Below, in pieces: positions 1-8,729 of a stretch of DNA of 64,000 nt. The notes under the pieces were generated by a model, which was given only the letters and a program-made list of their open reading frames with translations, made no database searches and was not told the DNA's origin. Both the position numbers and the translations under genes were made by a program. Source of the stretch: an uncultured Gemmatimonadales bacterium (lineage in GTDB: Bacteria; Gemmatimonadota; Gemmatimonadetes; Longimicrobiales; Longimicrobiaceae); NCBI GenBank assembly GCA_963716255.1, contig OY970303.1, positions 1,376,001 through 1,440,000 on the forward strand, given 5' to 3'. Numbering within the stretch: the stretch's first letter is position 1; each line of letters begins with the position of its first letter.

Positions 1-242
1 CGCCCATCACCTACGTGGCCAACATCCGCACGCCGCTGCTCATGCTGCACGGCGAGGCGGACTACCGCACCACCATCGCCGGGGCGGACGCCATGTACCG
101 CGCGATGACGGCGCTGGGCAAGACCGTGGAGATGGTGCGCTACCCCCGCGAGGGCCACGAGCTGACGCGCTCCGGGGAGCCGGCCCACCGGGTGGACCAC
201 ATGCTGCGCATCCTGGAGTGGTTCGAGCGGTACACGAAATAG
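1..242 (+). CDS. S9-family (prolyl oligopeptidase-like) peptidase, C-terminal fragment (5' end outside window)
   Basis: PITYVANIRTPLLMLHGEADYR...RYPREGHEL: catalytic Asp and His motifs of S9 peptidases. Confidence 0.85.
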   Translation, partial: PITYVANIRTPLLMLHGEADYRTTIAGADAMYRAMTALGKTVEMVRYPREGHELTRSGEPAHRVDHMLRILEWFERYTK

Positions 243-265
243 GGAACAGGGAACAGGGAATAGGG
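238..265 (+). repeat. Short heptamer tandem repeat (YAGGGAA)x~4
   Basis: aatagggaacagggaacagggaataggg overlapping the peptidase stop codon. Confidence 0.6.
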
Positions 266-270
266 TTTCC

Positions 271-297
271 CGGTTCACGCGAAGCGTGAAGCGCCAC
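271..297 (-). repeat. Repeat module D (palindromic TTCACGC-GAA-GCGTGAA)
   Basis: ccggttcacgcgaagcgtgaagcgcca is the reverse complement of tggcgcttcacgcttcgcgtgaaccgg at ~13353 and ~52421. Confidence 0.75.
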
Positions 298-328
298 AGC
301 CTGCACGACGACGGCGGTACGACGTACG

Positions 329-368
329 GAAAGGCGCCCTCACCGGAATCCCGGCGGGGGCGCCTTTC
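329..368. terminator. GC-rich hairpin between convergent genes (probable bidirectional terminator)
   Basis: gaaaggcgccc...gggcgcctttc inverted repeat. Confidence 0.55.
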
Positions 369-402
369 GCATCCGCGAGCGTATACTGTCCGGCGACCCG
401 CG

Positions 403-972
403 TCAGCCGGCGGCGTCGTAGGCGCGGCGCAGCACCGCGAGCACTTCCGCGTCTACGTCGCCGGGCCCGGACAGGGCGACGGCGTACTGGCACATGCCGC
501 CGGGCTTCTGCGCCACGAACCGTGCGTCCGCGATCTCGTCCTTGAGGTTGATGCCCAGCTCGGCGCGGTCGGCCGTCTTCGGGCCCAGCATGGCGAACTG
601 CTTCTTCCTGCGGAAGGCGACGTAGGCTTTCTTGGGCGCGGCCTCGAAGTCGCCCCAGGACTGGATGGCCGCGAGCAGGGCGTCGTGGACGGCGCGCAGG
701 TGCGCCTTCTTTCCCGCGTAGATGTCGCTGAGGGGGTCGCCGTCCGCCGTGGCGGGTGCATCGCCGGGATCTTTGCCGCCGGCCGCGAAGTGGGCGAGCG
801 CGTTGGCGTCGCCGTAGCCCAGCGCGTACGTCTCCATCAGCCAGGCGCGCACCTCGCCGTGCTTGGCCCTGCCGGACGCCGCGATCGCGGAGCGGAAGGC
901 GGCGAGGTCGTGGCCGGTCCTCGCTTCGATGTTGCGCAGCTGCGTGGCGCGGGCCTGTTCCGGATCGCTCAT
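403..972 (-). CDS. DUF4287/DUF5655-type protein
   Basis: MSDPEQARATQLRNIEARTG..KHGEVRAWL..LGYGDAN plus APKKAYVAFRRKKQFA; GGAAAAGAGG RBS upstream. Confidence 0.8.
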   Translation of the reverse strand: MSDPEQARATQLRNIEARTGHDLAAFRSAIAASGRAKHGEVRAWLMETYALGYGDANALAHFAAGGKDPGDAPATADGDPLSDIYAGKKAHLRAVHDALLAAIQSWGDFEAAPKKAYVAFRRKKQFAMLGPKTADRAELGINLKDEIADARFVAQKPGGMCQYAVALSGPGDVDAEVLAVLRRAYDAAG

Positions 973-1085
973 CTGCACCTCTTTTCGGCCGGGGCCTGTC
1001 GTTCGGGGATTGGGTGGACGCGGGCAGATACGATAGCCGGCGCCCGGGGCGGCTACAAGCTCGCCGCCGGGCCCGCCGACGTCCG

Positions 1086-1892
1086 TCACCCCCAGGCGTC
1101 CTCGTCGTCGAAGGCCCGGGCCTCCTCGGCGGCCACGATGCGGCGCAGCGCCTCCTCGAAGCTTTCGCGCTCGCTCATGGCGAACGCCTGCGCCTCGATC
1201 CAGATGCCGCGCATCACCACCGGGACGATGTTCACCCCCAGCCCCTCGCGCGTGCGGCGCAGCTCCGCGGCGCGGCGCGCCAGGGGCAGCAGCTCCTCCG
1301 GGATGTCCACCTCGGCGGGGACGTACGCGGCGCCCGCGGTCTCCGGGGTGCGGCCGTCGGTGGGGTCCGGCTTCGGCCTGGGGCGCGGGGCGAACATGGC
1401 CGGCTCGCCGGCGATGCGCAGCGCGATGGTCCCGGGGCCGAACGGCTGCCACCAGTCCAGCAGCTTGCCGCGCAGCTCCGCAAGCATCCCCTCCACCGCC
1501 ACCCGCACCGGGCTCTTGCGCGCGGCCTCGGTGCGCCGGCCGCGCTCCAGCACCAGCAGCAGTTCCACTCCCGGCTGCTCGTGCGCGTGCATCTGGATCC
1601 AGCGGAGGGCGCGGTCGCGGGCGGTGGCCGGCCCCTCGCCCTGCAGGTCCAGCCTGCGCGTGGGCGGAAAGTGCCGCGCCTCGTACTCGCGGTGCAGGTC
1701 GTTGAGGTGTGCCAACTGCGCCTCCGATGCGGAAAAACGGGAGCGCCCGCGGCGGCCCTCGCGGCGCCGCGGACGCACGAGCCCCGGCTTCCCCCCGCGC
1801 CCGTCCAGGGGGATCGCCGGGGCGCCGCAAGCACCCGCGGGAACACGCCTTGCAGGCTTCGGGCCCGTGCGGCGGGCGCGCCCCGCGCCCAT
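1086..1892 (-). CDS. Hypothetical protein with an Smr-like domain
   Basis: RRLDLQGEGPATARDRALRWI...LLLVLERGR resembles the Smr LDLHG..IIHGKG pattern; start uncertain. Confidence 0.55.
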   Translation of the reverse strand: MGAGRARRTGPKPARRVPAGACGAPAIPLDGRGGKPGLVRPRRREGRRGRSRFSASEAQLAHLNDLHREYEARHFPPTRRLDLQGEGPATARDRALRWIQMHAHEQPGVELLLVLERGRRTEAARKSPVRVAVEGMLAELRGKLLDWWQPFGPGTIALRIAGEPAMFAPRPRPKPDPTDGRTPETAGAAYVPAEVDIPEELLPLARRAAELRRTREGLGVNIVPVVMRGIWIEAQAFAMSERESFEEALRRIVAAEEARAFDDEDAWG

Positions 1893-1920
1893 ACCGGACT
1901 TCCCACACCGGGGCACCGCC

Positions 1921-2151
1921 ATGGCACGCTACGATCGCAGCTACGACTACGGCCTCCGGGGCTACCGCGAGACGACCGGGCCCTCCGGCCGCGGCGGGCG
2001 CATCGGCGACATGCAGGACTACCTGCACACGTACGACACGCGGGCGGGATCGCACACCTCGCGGGGCGGGTGGTGGCCGCAGCGCGAGCCGATTGGGGAC
2101 GCCATGCGCTCCGGCTACGACCGGGAGCTGAGGGGCTGGCGCAACTTCTAG
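1921..2151 (+). CDS. Small Tyr/Asp/Arg/Gly-rich hypothetical protein (76 aa)
   Basis: MARYDRSYDYGLRGYRE...GYDRELRGWRNF; GC3-rich codon usage. Confidence 0.6.
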   Translation: MARYDRSYDYGLRGYRETTGPSGRGGRIGDMQDYLHTYDTRAGSHTSRGGWWPQREPIGDAMRSGYDRELRGWRNF

Positions 2152-2248
2152 CCCACCCTGGCGCGGCAAGGAAGGCGGTCCCGAACGTGGCGAGGCGCCC
2201 ATCCGCATCGTGGCGGATGGGCGCCTCGCCGTTCGTGCGTGGGCCGCG

Positions 2249-2695
2249 TCAATCGGCGAGCGAGCCTCGCAGGGCTCGGGGAACGGCGATCCCCACCCTG
2301 CTGTCGCCGCAGCCCGCCACGAGCACCTGGCCGCTCTCGGGATCGTAGCTTGCGACCCCGGCATGTTCGCCGAGGACCGGTTGCAGGTCCTGCTGCCTGC
2401 TGATCGCGCGCTTGATGTCGCTGATCGCAGCGGAGGAGGAACCTCCACGGGTCGTATGCTCGTCGATGCAGTAGCCGCACTTCCAATCATTGTGCGGATT
2501 GTTGTAGTTGAACTTGCCGCCTTCGGTGCCGTAGAACGAGTGCTTCAGCGCGGTGCTGGGGCACATCTCGGACTCGTCCATCCGCTCCGAGTCACAGAGC
2601 GAACAGGAGAACGCAGGAGCTTCGGCCGGTGAGTAAATGGATGCCGCGGCGGCAACGACGGTAGCCGCGGCGAGGAATGACAGCCGGATGTTCAT
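2249..2695 (-). CDS. Secreted Cys/His-rich small protein
   Basis: Signal peptide MNIRLSFLAAATVVAAAASIYSPAEA; CSLC, C, CGYC; ATGA overlap with the upstream gene's stop. Confidence 0.7.
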   Translation of the reverse strand: MNIRLSFLAAATVVAAAASIYSPAEAPAFSCSLCDSERMDESEMCPSTALKHSFYGTEGGKFNYNNPHNDWKCGYCIDEHTTRGGSSSAAISDIKRAISRQQDLQPVLGEHAGVASYDPESGQVLVAGCGDSRVGIAVPRALRGSLAD

Positions 2696-3849
2696 CTGCG
2701 CCCCCTGGTTTTTGTGTCTTCGAGCTGCACGCGCCACACGTCGACGGCAACCGCACCGGCACCGGTCTCGCGAAACGTGTAGACGTGGTGAGGGTCGAGG
2801 AACTCTCCCACCAGGTGGGGCACTCGCGCGCGCGCGACAATGCGCCCCGAACCGGGGTCGAATACCTCGAACAGGCGGTCGTATCGCTGCCGTGTGTCTT
2901 CGACGCTCAGCTTCCTGGGGGTACCCTCCGCACCCGGTGGAGTCTTCCACTCCTCCCGGGCCCGCTGAAGCCACGCTTCGTTATCGCGAAGGAGCAGGAC
3001 CCATATCCTCCCTGCGCTGTCGACGGCAAAGTCCTTGAGGCGTGGGGACATGGGATTCTCGGCGGCACGCCCGCGCGTGAACCGCTCAGGCACCCACCGC
3101 CAGATTCCCTCCGGTTCCAGCATCGCGATGTTCCGCCGGTATGCCCTGATCTGCCTGCCGCTCAGCTGATTCAGGCCGATCCGGTATTCCCGCCCGTCCG
3201 ACTGGGCCGTCCAGAAGGTCCCGCGCCCCCCATGGAACAGCTCGAATGGGAGGGGTGAAAGGAGCGACCAGTCCTCGCGCGTCACGAGGCGAACCGGGTC
3301 GCCTTCCCGTGTGAGCGCCTGGACCGGGCCGGAACGCATTGCGGTGGGCTCCGCCGAGACGAGCACCTGGGGACCGGCGAAGAGGATGTCGTTGGGCCTG
3401 TCCGGAACTGCAAACGATCGCACGAAGCGATTCGCGGAATCGAACACGTTGACCTCCGCCCCCCTCCCCGCGACGTACACCGAATCGCCCGGACCGATGA
3501 AGATCCGTCTCACCTCCGGCAGCTCCCCGGGCCCCAGGCCCCGCTCTCCGAGCGAACCCAGGTAGCGCCCACTCGGATCGAAAACGGCGATCTTCCCCGG
3601 ATCGTGCGTGGGAGCGGCATAATAGAACCCTCTGCTGTTCCTCACGACCTGGGAACCGCTCTTCAACCCGCCGTAGCTGGATGCCGGATCGAGCGTCCGG
3701 ACCCGGACCAGCCTGATCTTGCAGCTGGGGCACGTCACCTCCGCCGGGACGGTGGAGATCTGTTGAGAGGCGCCGGTTTCCGGAACCAAGCCGACGGACG
3801 CAGCGGCGAGCAGGAGCGCGAACCGGACGTGAATTGTCTTCGAACGCAT
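2692..3849 (-). CDS. Secreted 6-bladed beta-propeller (NHL-like) protein
   Basis: Signal peptide; IAVFDPSGRYLGSLGERGLGPGEL, VNVFDSANRFVRSF and FAVDSAGRIWV repeats. Confidence 0.75.
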   Translation of the reverse strand: MRSKTIHVRFALLLAAASVGLVPETGASQQISTVPAEVTCPSCKIRLVRVRTLDPASSYGGLKSGSQVVRNSRGFYYAAPTHDPGKIAVFDPSGRYLGSLGERGLGPGELPEVRRIFIGPGDSVYVAGRGAEVNVFDSANRFVRSFAVPDRPNDILFAGPQVLVSAEPTAMRSGPVQALTREGDPVRLVTREDWSLLSPLPFELFHGGRGTFWTAQSDGREYRIGLNQLSGRQIRAYRRNIAMLEPEGIWRWVPERFTRGRAAENPMSPRLKDFAVDSAGRIWVLLLRDNEAWLQRAREEWKTPPGAEGTPRKLSVEDTRQRYDRLFEVFDPGSGRIVARARVPHLVGEFLDPHHVYTFRETGAGAVAVDVWRVQLEDTKTRGRR

Positions 3850-3984
3850 GGGAATTCAGAGCGGGCAAGGACGAACACGAGTGCGCTGCCACGCCGAGCG
3901 GCTGCAAATACGCGGATGCCGGAATGTAAGCGGGCCGCGACATGACGAACAAGCCGCTTCCGTTGTCGGTAGGGAGCGGCGGCA

Positions 3985-4428
3985 TCAGGGCGCCAGGTGG
4001 ACGACCTCGATGGGGACCCGCTCCGCCAGCGTGGCGGCCACCATGCTGCGGTGGCAGTGGGCCGGGTCCGCCTCCAGGCACAGCAGGCACACCCGGCGGC
4101 CGGCGCGCACCAGGCCGGCCAGCGTTTCCAGCTCCGCCTGCGCGGCCGGCGTCGCCATGTGCTCCGTGAACACCGCGCGCAGCTCGTCGTGACGGCCGGC
4201 GCGGGCGGCGGCGCGCCCCTCCGCGGGGGTGCCGAGGGCGCGCAGGTGCAGGTACTCGATCCCCACCGTGCCCAGGTTCTCCGCCAGCCGCGACTTGGAG
4301 AAGCCGGGGCGCCGCGAGTTCGCGACCGCGCGGACGTCCACCAGAAGGTCCACTCCGGCCTCCCGGAGCGCGTCCAGCAGGCGCTGGGTCGTGGCGTCCT
4401 CGTAGCCGATGGTGGCGACCGGGGTCAT
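3985..4428 (-). CDS. DUF488 family protein
   Basis: VATIGYE..LLVDVR..SRRPGFSK..YLHLRALG..LLCLEADPAHCHRS. Confidence 0.9.
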   Translation of the reverse strand: MTPVATIGYEDATTQRLLDALREAGVDLLVDVRAVANSRRPGFSKSRLAENLGTVGIEYLHLRALGTPAEGRAAARAGRHDELRAVFTEHMATPAAQAELETLAGLVRAGRRVCLLCLEADPAHCHRSMVAATLAERVPIEVVHLAP

Positions 4429-5267
4429 GCCGCCCTCCCCCGGCGCGCCCCGCGGCCCCGGCGGGAGTCCACCCGCGGCCTGCGGCGGCGCGGGGCCCGG
4501 CGCCGCCAGCCGTCCAGCGACACCACGGCGGCGTCGTCCTCCCCGTCCTCGCCCGGCTCCTCGTCGTCGAAGAGCCGGGAGGAGGCGGGGTCGGGACGGT
4601 CGGGGCGGCGCAGCTCGCGGCCGAGCTCGTCGCCCACCCGCTCCGCGGCGACGCTCCACACCACCGAAAGCAGCGTCACCAGGCTGGCGAGCAGTTGCTG
4701 GCACGAGCGCTCGATGCGGTGCGCCGCGCGCGCCTCCCGCTCCGGGAGCAGACAGCTGGGCCCCTCCGGCTGGGATCCCCGCTCGCGGACGCGCTCCAGC
4801 CGCCCCTCCACCGCCAGGATCACCCGCCGCGCCGCGTAGCGCCGCCGGTGAAGGCGCCGCCCGCTGCACAGGCGCTCCGCGTGGCTGCGCCACCCGGCTC
4901 CGTGCGCAGCGCACTCGCGCAGCAGCCACAGCGCGGCGTACAGCTCGGCGAAGACGCGGCGGTCGATTTCCTGGATGGCTTCGGAGGGGAGGGTGGACAG
5001 GTACTCGAGAAAGGCGGAGATCCGGCGGGGTCGGGCGAGGAGGAAGGGGACGATTTCCTGGCAGCCGCGCCGCTGGTTGCAGCGGGCGCAGGCGGGGACG
5101 ATGATGCGGAGGTCTCTTCTTCGGCCCCCGCGCGCCCGGGGGATGACGTGCTCGCGGGTGAGGGGGTTGTCCGGGACCGCGGGGGCCCGGCAGTACACGC
5201 ACTGGCCGTTCTTTATGCGGTGCTCCAGCTCCCGGCGAAGGGCACCGCTGCGCTCATGCGTCCGCAA
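4425..5267 (-). CDS. HNH endonuclease domain protein
   Basis: CVYC...TREHVIPRARGG...IVPACARCNQRRG; stop overlaps the DUF488 start (ATGA). Confidence 0.8.
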   Translation of the reverse strand: MRTHERSGALRRELEHRIKNGQCVYCRAPAVPDNPLTREHVIPRARGGRRRDLRIIVPACARCNQRRGCQEIVPFLLARPRRISAFLEYLSTLPSEAIQEIDRRVFAELYAALWLLRECAAHGAGWRSHAERLCSGRRLHRRRYAARRVILAVEGRLERVRERGSQPEGPSCLLPEREARAAHRIERSCQQLLASLVTLLSVVWSVAAERVGDELGRELRRPDRPDPASSRLFDDEEPGEDGEDDAAVVSLDGWRRRAPRRRRPRVDSRRGRGARRGRAA

Positions 5268-5677
5268 CTGGCACTCTCTGGCTGAAGGTAGGGCGGCCGG
5301 CCGTGACGCCCACCGCCTGCGCGGGGCGCGGTTCCGGGACCTCGTCCGGGGCCGCGCCGGGTCACCTCCTGCGGGGCCGAGCGTTTGCGAGAACGGTGCC
5401 AGCGGACGGCCTGCGCCGTCACGGTTCCGCAGCGGTTCGGCGGGGTGCCTGCGAAGGGTTCGGGTGGCCTCCGGGAAAGCGGGTGGGGGGGGTGCTCCGA
5501 GGGGTGTACCTGGCCGCGGGGGGCAGGGCTACGCGTGGGGCGGAGGCTGCGGCCCGGCGCGGCCCCGATGGGACCGCCCGCCCACAAGTATGTGAGGCGA
5601 GCCCGCGCGACGCCAGGGATACGAAACGGGAGTGCGGAAGAGAGGCGCCCCCACCGGGAGATCCCGGCGGGGGCGCA

Positions 5678-5850
5678 GTCGTAGTTCGCAGTTCCCGCAG
5701 TACCCATCCAATCCTTTGCGGAGGGAAACTCGCGCGGCGGTTTGCGCGAGTTTCCCGGAGCCGGAGCGGAGACAGCGGGGCAGTTTCCGCTGGCTCCGCG
5801 ACCCGCGCAGGAAACAGGCCGGCCGTTTGGCCTGGTTCCGGAGCGGCCCC
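5678..5850 (+). repeat. Dispersed repeat family B, copy 1 (three tandem hairpins)
   Basis: Near-identical to 38525-38689 and to the reverse complement of 35423-35590. Confidence 0.9.
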
Positions 5851-5864
5851 TGCACCAAAACCAC

Positions 5865-7592
5865 TCAGTACCACTTCACCAGATCGATCCCGGTATAGAA
5901 GTGCCTGAGGATCTGGTCGAAGGTCCTGCCGTCCTCGGCCAGGCCGACCGCGCCCACCTGCGACATCCCAACCCCGTGCCCGAACCCGCCGCCGTACACC
6001 GCGTACCCCAGGAGCTCGTTCGTCCCCCTGTCCCGCAGCGGCTCGACGAAGAACAGCGTGCTCAGCAGGTTGGTGGGAGCGCCGCTGGCGTCGATGAACC
6101 GGAGCGACGAGCGGATCCGGTCCCTGGTGTCGGTGAAGGTCCCCGCCTCCGTCACGTACTCGATCTTCAGCACGCGGCCGGACGGCCCGCGCTCCAGCAC
6201 GTTGATCGCCAGCACCCGGCCCACCGGCTGCCCGGCGTACGCCGAGACCACGGCGCTGATCTCGTCCATGGTCCAGTCGAACGACCACCGGTAGTACCGC
6301 GACCAGTCCGCCTCCAGCTCGCCCTTGCGGACGGTGCGCAGCGGGGTCAGCGCGTCCTTCTTGAAGCGCGCCAGCGTGGGCTCCTTCCAGTGGCCCCGTC
6401 CCCGGTCCGTGATGGCCACGCCGCGCAGGTAGCTGGCGGGAGCGGCCTGGTACGCCTCCTCGTTGTCGGCGGTGTGGCCGCCCGAGGTGGACGAGTACAG
6501 CGCGGTGATCAGCCGGGTCACGCCGGCGCCGTCCACGTACGTCGCCACGATCCCGGAGGTCTCGTCCACGGCGCGGTTGGAGAGCGGGTGCTCGTCCTGG
6601 AACCCGCCGTACACCTGGTCGGAGGTGGTGGGGAGCAGGTCGTAGCCCTCGCCGGCGCGCTTGCCCAGCCCGGTGATGGCGTAGGTGCGCGCCGCGACGG
6701 CCTGCGCCTTGAGCGCCTCCAGCTCGGGGTAGGCGACGGGGCCCAGCTCGCGCGGGACGACGCCGTACAGGTACTCCTCCATGGGGAGCTCGTTGACGCC
6801 CGCCAGGGCGCCCGCGCTGCGGACCACCTCGGCCAAGCCGCGGTACTGCCGCACGGCGGCGGGGGTGCCGATGACCACCCGCCCGCTCAGCGGCCGCACC
6901 ACCACCGGGCCGCTGGACGTGACCGTGCCGCCCGCGCGGGCGATGTCGTAGCGCAGCACGCCGGTGGAGATGGTGATGGTGCGCCAGAAGGCGTCGGCGG
7001 GAACCTCGGGGACGGCGGCGCGGACCTGCGCCTTGACCGTCGCTTCCGCCGCGGTGTTGGCGGGGAGCGGGCGCTCGCCGATGTACACGCGCCAGCAGTT
7101 GCTGGTGGCGAAGAACTCGGTGAAGGTGGGGAAGCCCGCGGCGTCGCCCTTGCCCAGCAGGACGTCGCGGTTGGCGGGGGTGGTGCACGACACCTGGAGG
7201 CGCCGGGTGCTGGTGGTGACCACGCCGGAGCCCAGCGTCACGTCGAACTGCTCGGCGCTCCCCGTGAACAGCGTGGCGCCGGTGGTCCTGTTGACCGCCT
7301 GGAAGTCGCCCGTGCCGCCCACGCGCACCGTGGCTGCGCCGGTCGCCACCCCGATGCGGATGCTCTGCCCGACGGCCATGGCGGAGAAGGCATCGCCCGT
7401 CTCGCCGGGCCCGTCCTCGCTGGTGGTCAGGTCCACGAACACCTCGCCGGTGTCCGGCTCCTCGCCCACGCTGAAGCGTCCGGCGCCCGCGGACGAGGGC
7501 GCCACGGGGTTCCGGTCCGAGCACGCCGACGCGGCCAGGGCCAGGACGAGGAGGCCCGCACGCAGCGGGGCGCGGGGGATGCGGTGGCGCAT
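5865..7592 (-). CDS. SpoIID/LytB domain lipoprotein (peptidoglycan lytic transglycosylase-like)
   Basis: Lipobox LAASAC; EEYLYGVVPRE, EALKAQAVAARTYA, SDQVYGG, GFGHGVGMSQVGA, ILRHFYTG. Confidence 0.92.
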   Translation of the reverse strand: MRHRIPRAPLRAGLLVLALAASACSDRNPVAPSSAGAGRFSVGEEPDTGEVFVDLTTSEDGPGETGDAFSAMAVGQSIRIGVATGAATVRVGGTGDFQAVNRTTGATLFTGSAEQFDVTLGSGVVTTSTRRLQVSCTTPANRDVLLGKGDAAGFPTFTEFFATSNCWRVYIGERPLPANTAAEATVKAQVRAAVPEVPADAFWRTITISTGVLRYDIARAGGTVTSSGPVVVRPLSGRVVIGTPAAVRQYRGLAEVVRSAGALAGVNELPMEEYLYGVVPRELGPVAYPELEALKAQAVAARTYAITGLGKRAGEGYDLLPTTSDQVYGGFQDEHPLSNRAVDETSGIVATYVDGAGVTRLITALYSSTSGGHTADNEEAYQAAPASYLRGVAITDRGRGHWKEPTLARFKKDALTPLRTVRKGELEADWSRYYRWSFDWTMDEISAVVSAYAGQPVGRVLAINVLERGPSGRVLKIEYVTEAGTFTDTRDRIRSSLRFIDASGAPTNLLSTLFFVEPLRDRGTNELLGYAVYGGGFGHGVGMSQVGAVGLAEDGRTFDQILRHFYTGIDLVKWY

Positions 7593-7742
7593 GCAACTCT
7601 CCGGGTGGGGGTGGCGGAAAACCCGACAGGCAATGCTGGAGGCCCGGGATGTTGGCCCTGAAACGTGTGTTTGTCAAGCGTTCGCGGGCTCCGCCGGCCG
7701 CGCCGTGCCCGTGCGTCCGGCAGTCACGGGCGCACGCCGCCC

Positions 7743-7771
7743 TTGTCAATCCGTAACCCGTCGGTTACGTT
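7743..7771 (+). promoter_or_regulatory. sigma70-like promoter overlapping an inverted-repeat operator; probably leaderless
   Basis: TTGTCA-17bp-TACGTT ending 6 nt before ATG 7778; palindrome CGTAACC-cgtc-GGTTACG at 7752-7769; no SD sequence. Confidence 0.6.
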
Positions 7772-7777
7772 TTCCGC

Positions 7778-8125
7778 ATGGACGTCCCCGCCGCCATCGC
7801 CGACCCGGTACGCCGGGAGATCATGATGCTGCTCCGCGAGCGCACGATGACCGCCGGGGAGATCGCAGACTGCTTCCACATCAGCAGGCCCGCCGTGAGC
7901 CGGCACCTGCGCGTGCTCCGCGAGTGCGGGCTGGTTGTCGACGAGGTCCGGGGGCGCGAGCGACTTTACCGGCTCGACACGGCCCCGCTGGCGCCGCTGG
8001 AGGCGTGGCTGGCGCAGCTCCACGACCGCTGGTCCGGTCCCCTGGACGCCCTGGAGACCGAGGTGTACCGCACCCGGCGCGAGCGCCGCGCCTCCCCTTC
8101 CCCTCTCCAGGAGAAAACCGCATGA
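7778..8125 (+). CDS. ArsR/SmtB family transcriptional regulator
   Basis: AIADPVRREIM..TAGEIA..ISRPAVSRHLRVLRECGLV..GRERLYRL. Confidence 0.93.
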   Translation: MDVPAAIADPVRREIMMLLRERTMTAGEIADCFHISRPAVSRHLRVLRECGLVVDEVRGRERLYRLDTAPLAPLEAWLAQLHDRWSGPLDALETEVYRTRRERRASPSPLQEKTA

Positions 8126-8637
8126 GCCCTACGCCATCCGGCCGCCTGCTCCGCACCCCCCAGGGCCGCGACCTCGAGGTCGTCCGCACCTTCCGCGCGC
8201 CCATCGAGGACGTGTGGGCCAGCATCACCGAATCGGAGCGCACGGCCCGCTGGTTCGGCTCGTGGACCGGGGAGCCCGGCCCCGGCCGCACCATCCAGAT
8301 GACCATGGGTTTCGAGGAGGGGACGACCCCCACGGACGTGACCATCGAGGCGTGCGAGCCCCCGCGGCACCTGGCCCTGCGCACGCACAGCACGTACGGG
8401 AGCTGGCACATGGAGGCGCACCTCGCCGAGTCCGGCGGCGTGACCGAGATGCGGTTCGTCCACCACCTGGGCGACGGGGACAAGGTGGGCGACGTGGGCC
8501 CGGGGTGGGAGTACTACCTGGACATGCTGGTGGCCTCCCGCGACGGCGCCCCGCTGCCCAGGTGGGACGACTACTACCCGGCGCAGAAGGAGTACTTCCT
8601 GGCGCAGGAGGCGGAGGGAGAGGGGGCGCCGGGCTGA
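8122..8637 (+). CDS. SRPBCC (AHSA1-like) domain protein
   Basis: RTFRAPIEDVWASITESERTARWFG...GPGWEYYLDML; ATGA-coupled to ArsR. Confidence 0.9.
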   Translation: MSPTPSGRLLRTPQGRDLEVVRTFRAPIEDVWASITESERTARWFGSWTGEPGPGRTIQMTMGFEEGTTPTDVTIEACEPPRHLALRTHSTYGSWHMEAHLAESGGVTEMRFVHHLGDGDKVGDVGPGWEYYLDMLVASRDGAPLPRWDDYYPAQKEYFLAQEAEGEGAPG

Positions 8638-8667
8638 CCGACGGGCGTCGTACGCCAGGTGAAACAC

Positions 8668-8702
8668 AGGGCCCGCGGCCGGTCAGGCCGCGGGCCCTTT
8701 TG
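8668..8702 (+). terminator. Rho-independent terminator
   Basis: agggcccgcggcc-ggtca-ggccgcgggccct followed by ttt. Confidence 0.7.
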
Positions 8703-8729
8703 CGTTCGCGGCTCCCCGGCCCGTCCCGG

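Noticed and set aside
286..2151. Very long Arg/Pro/Gly/Ala-rich ORFs here and throughout (e.g. 7935-10856, 14459-17011, 47966-51178, 57984-61487)
   Set aside because: Shadow or antisense frames of real genes, caused by the scarcity of stop codons at high GC; no recognisable motifs
5678..5850. Family A/B as tRNA or hammerhead ribozyme
   Set aside because: No cloverleaf, T-loop or CCA arrangement; GAAAC is present but the CUGANGA core is not
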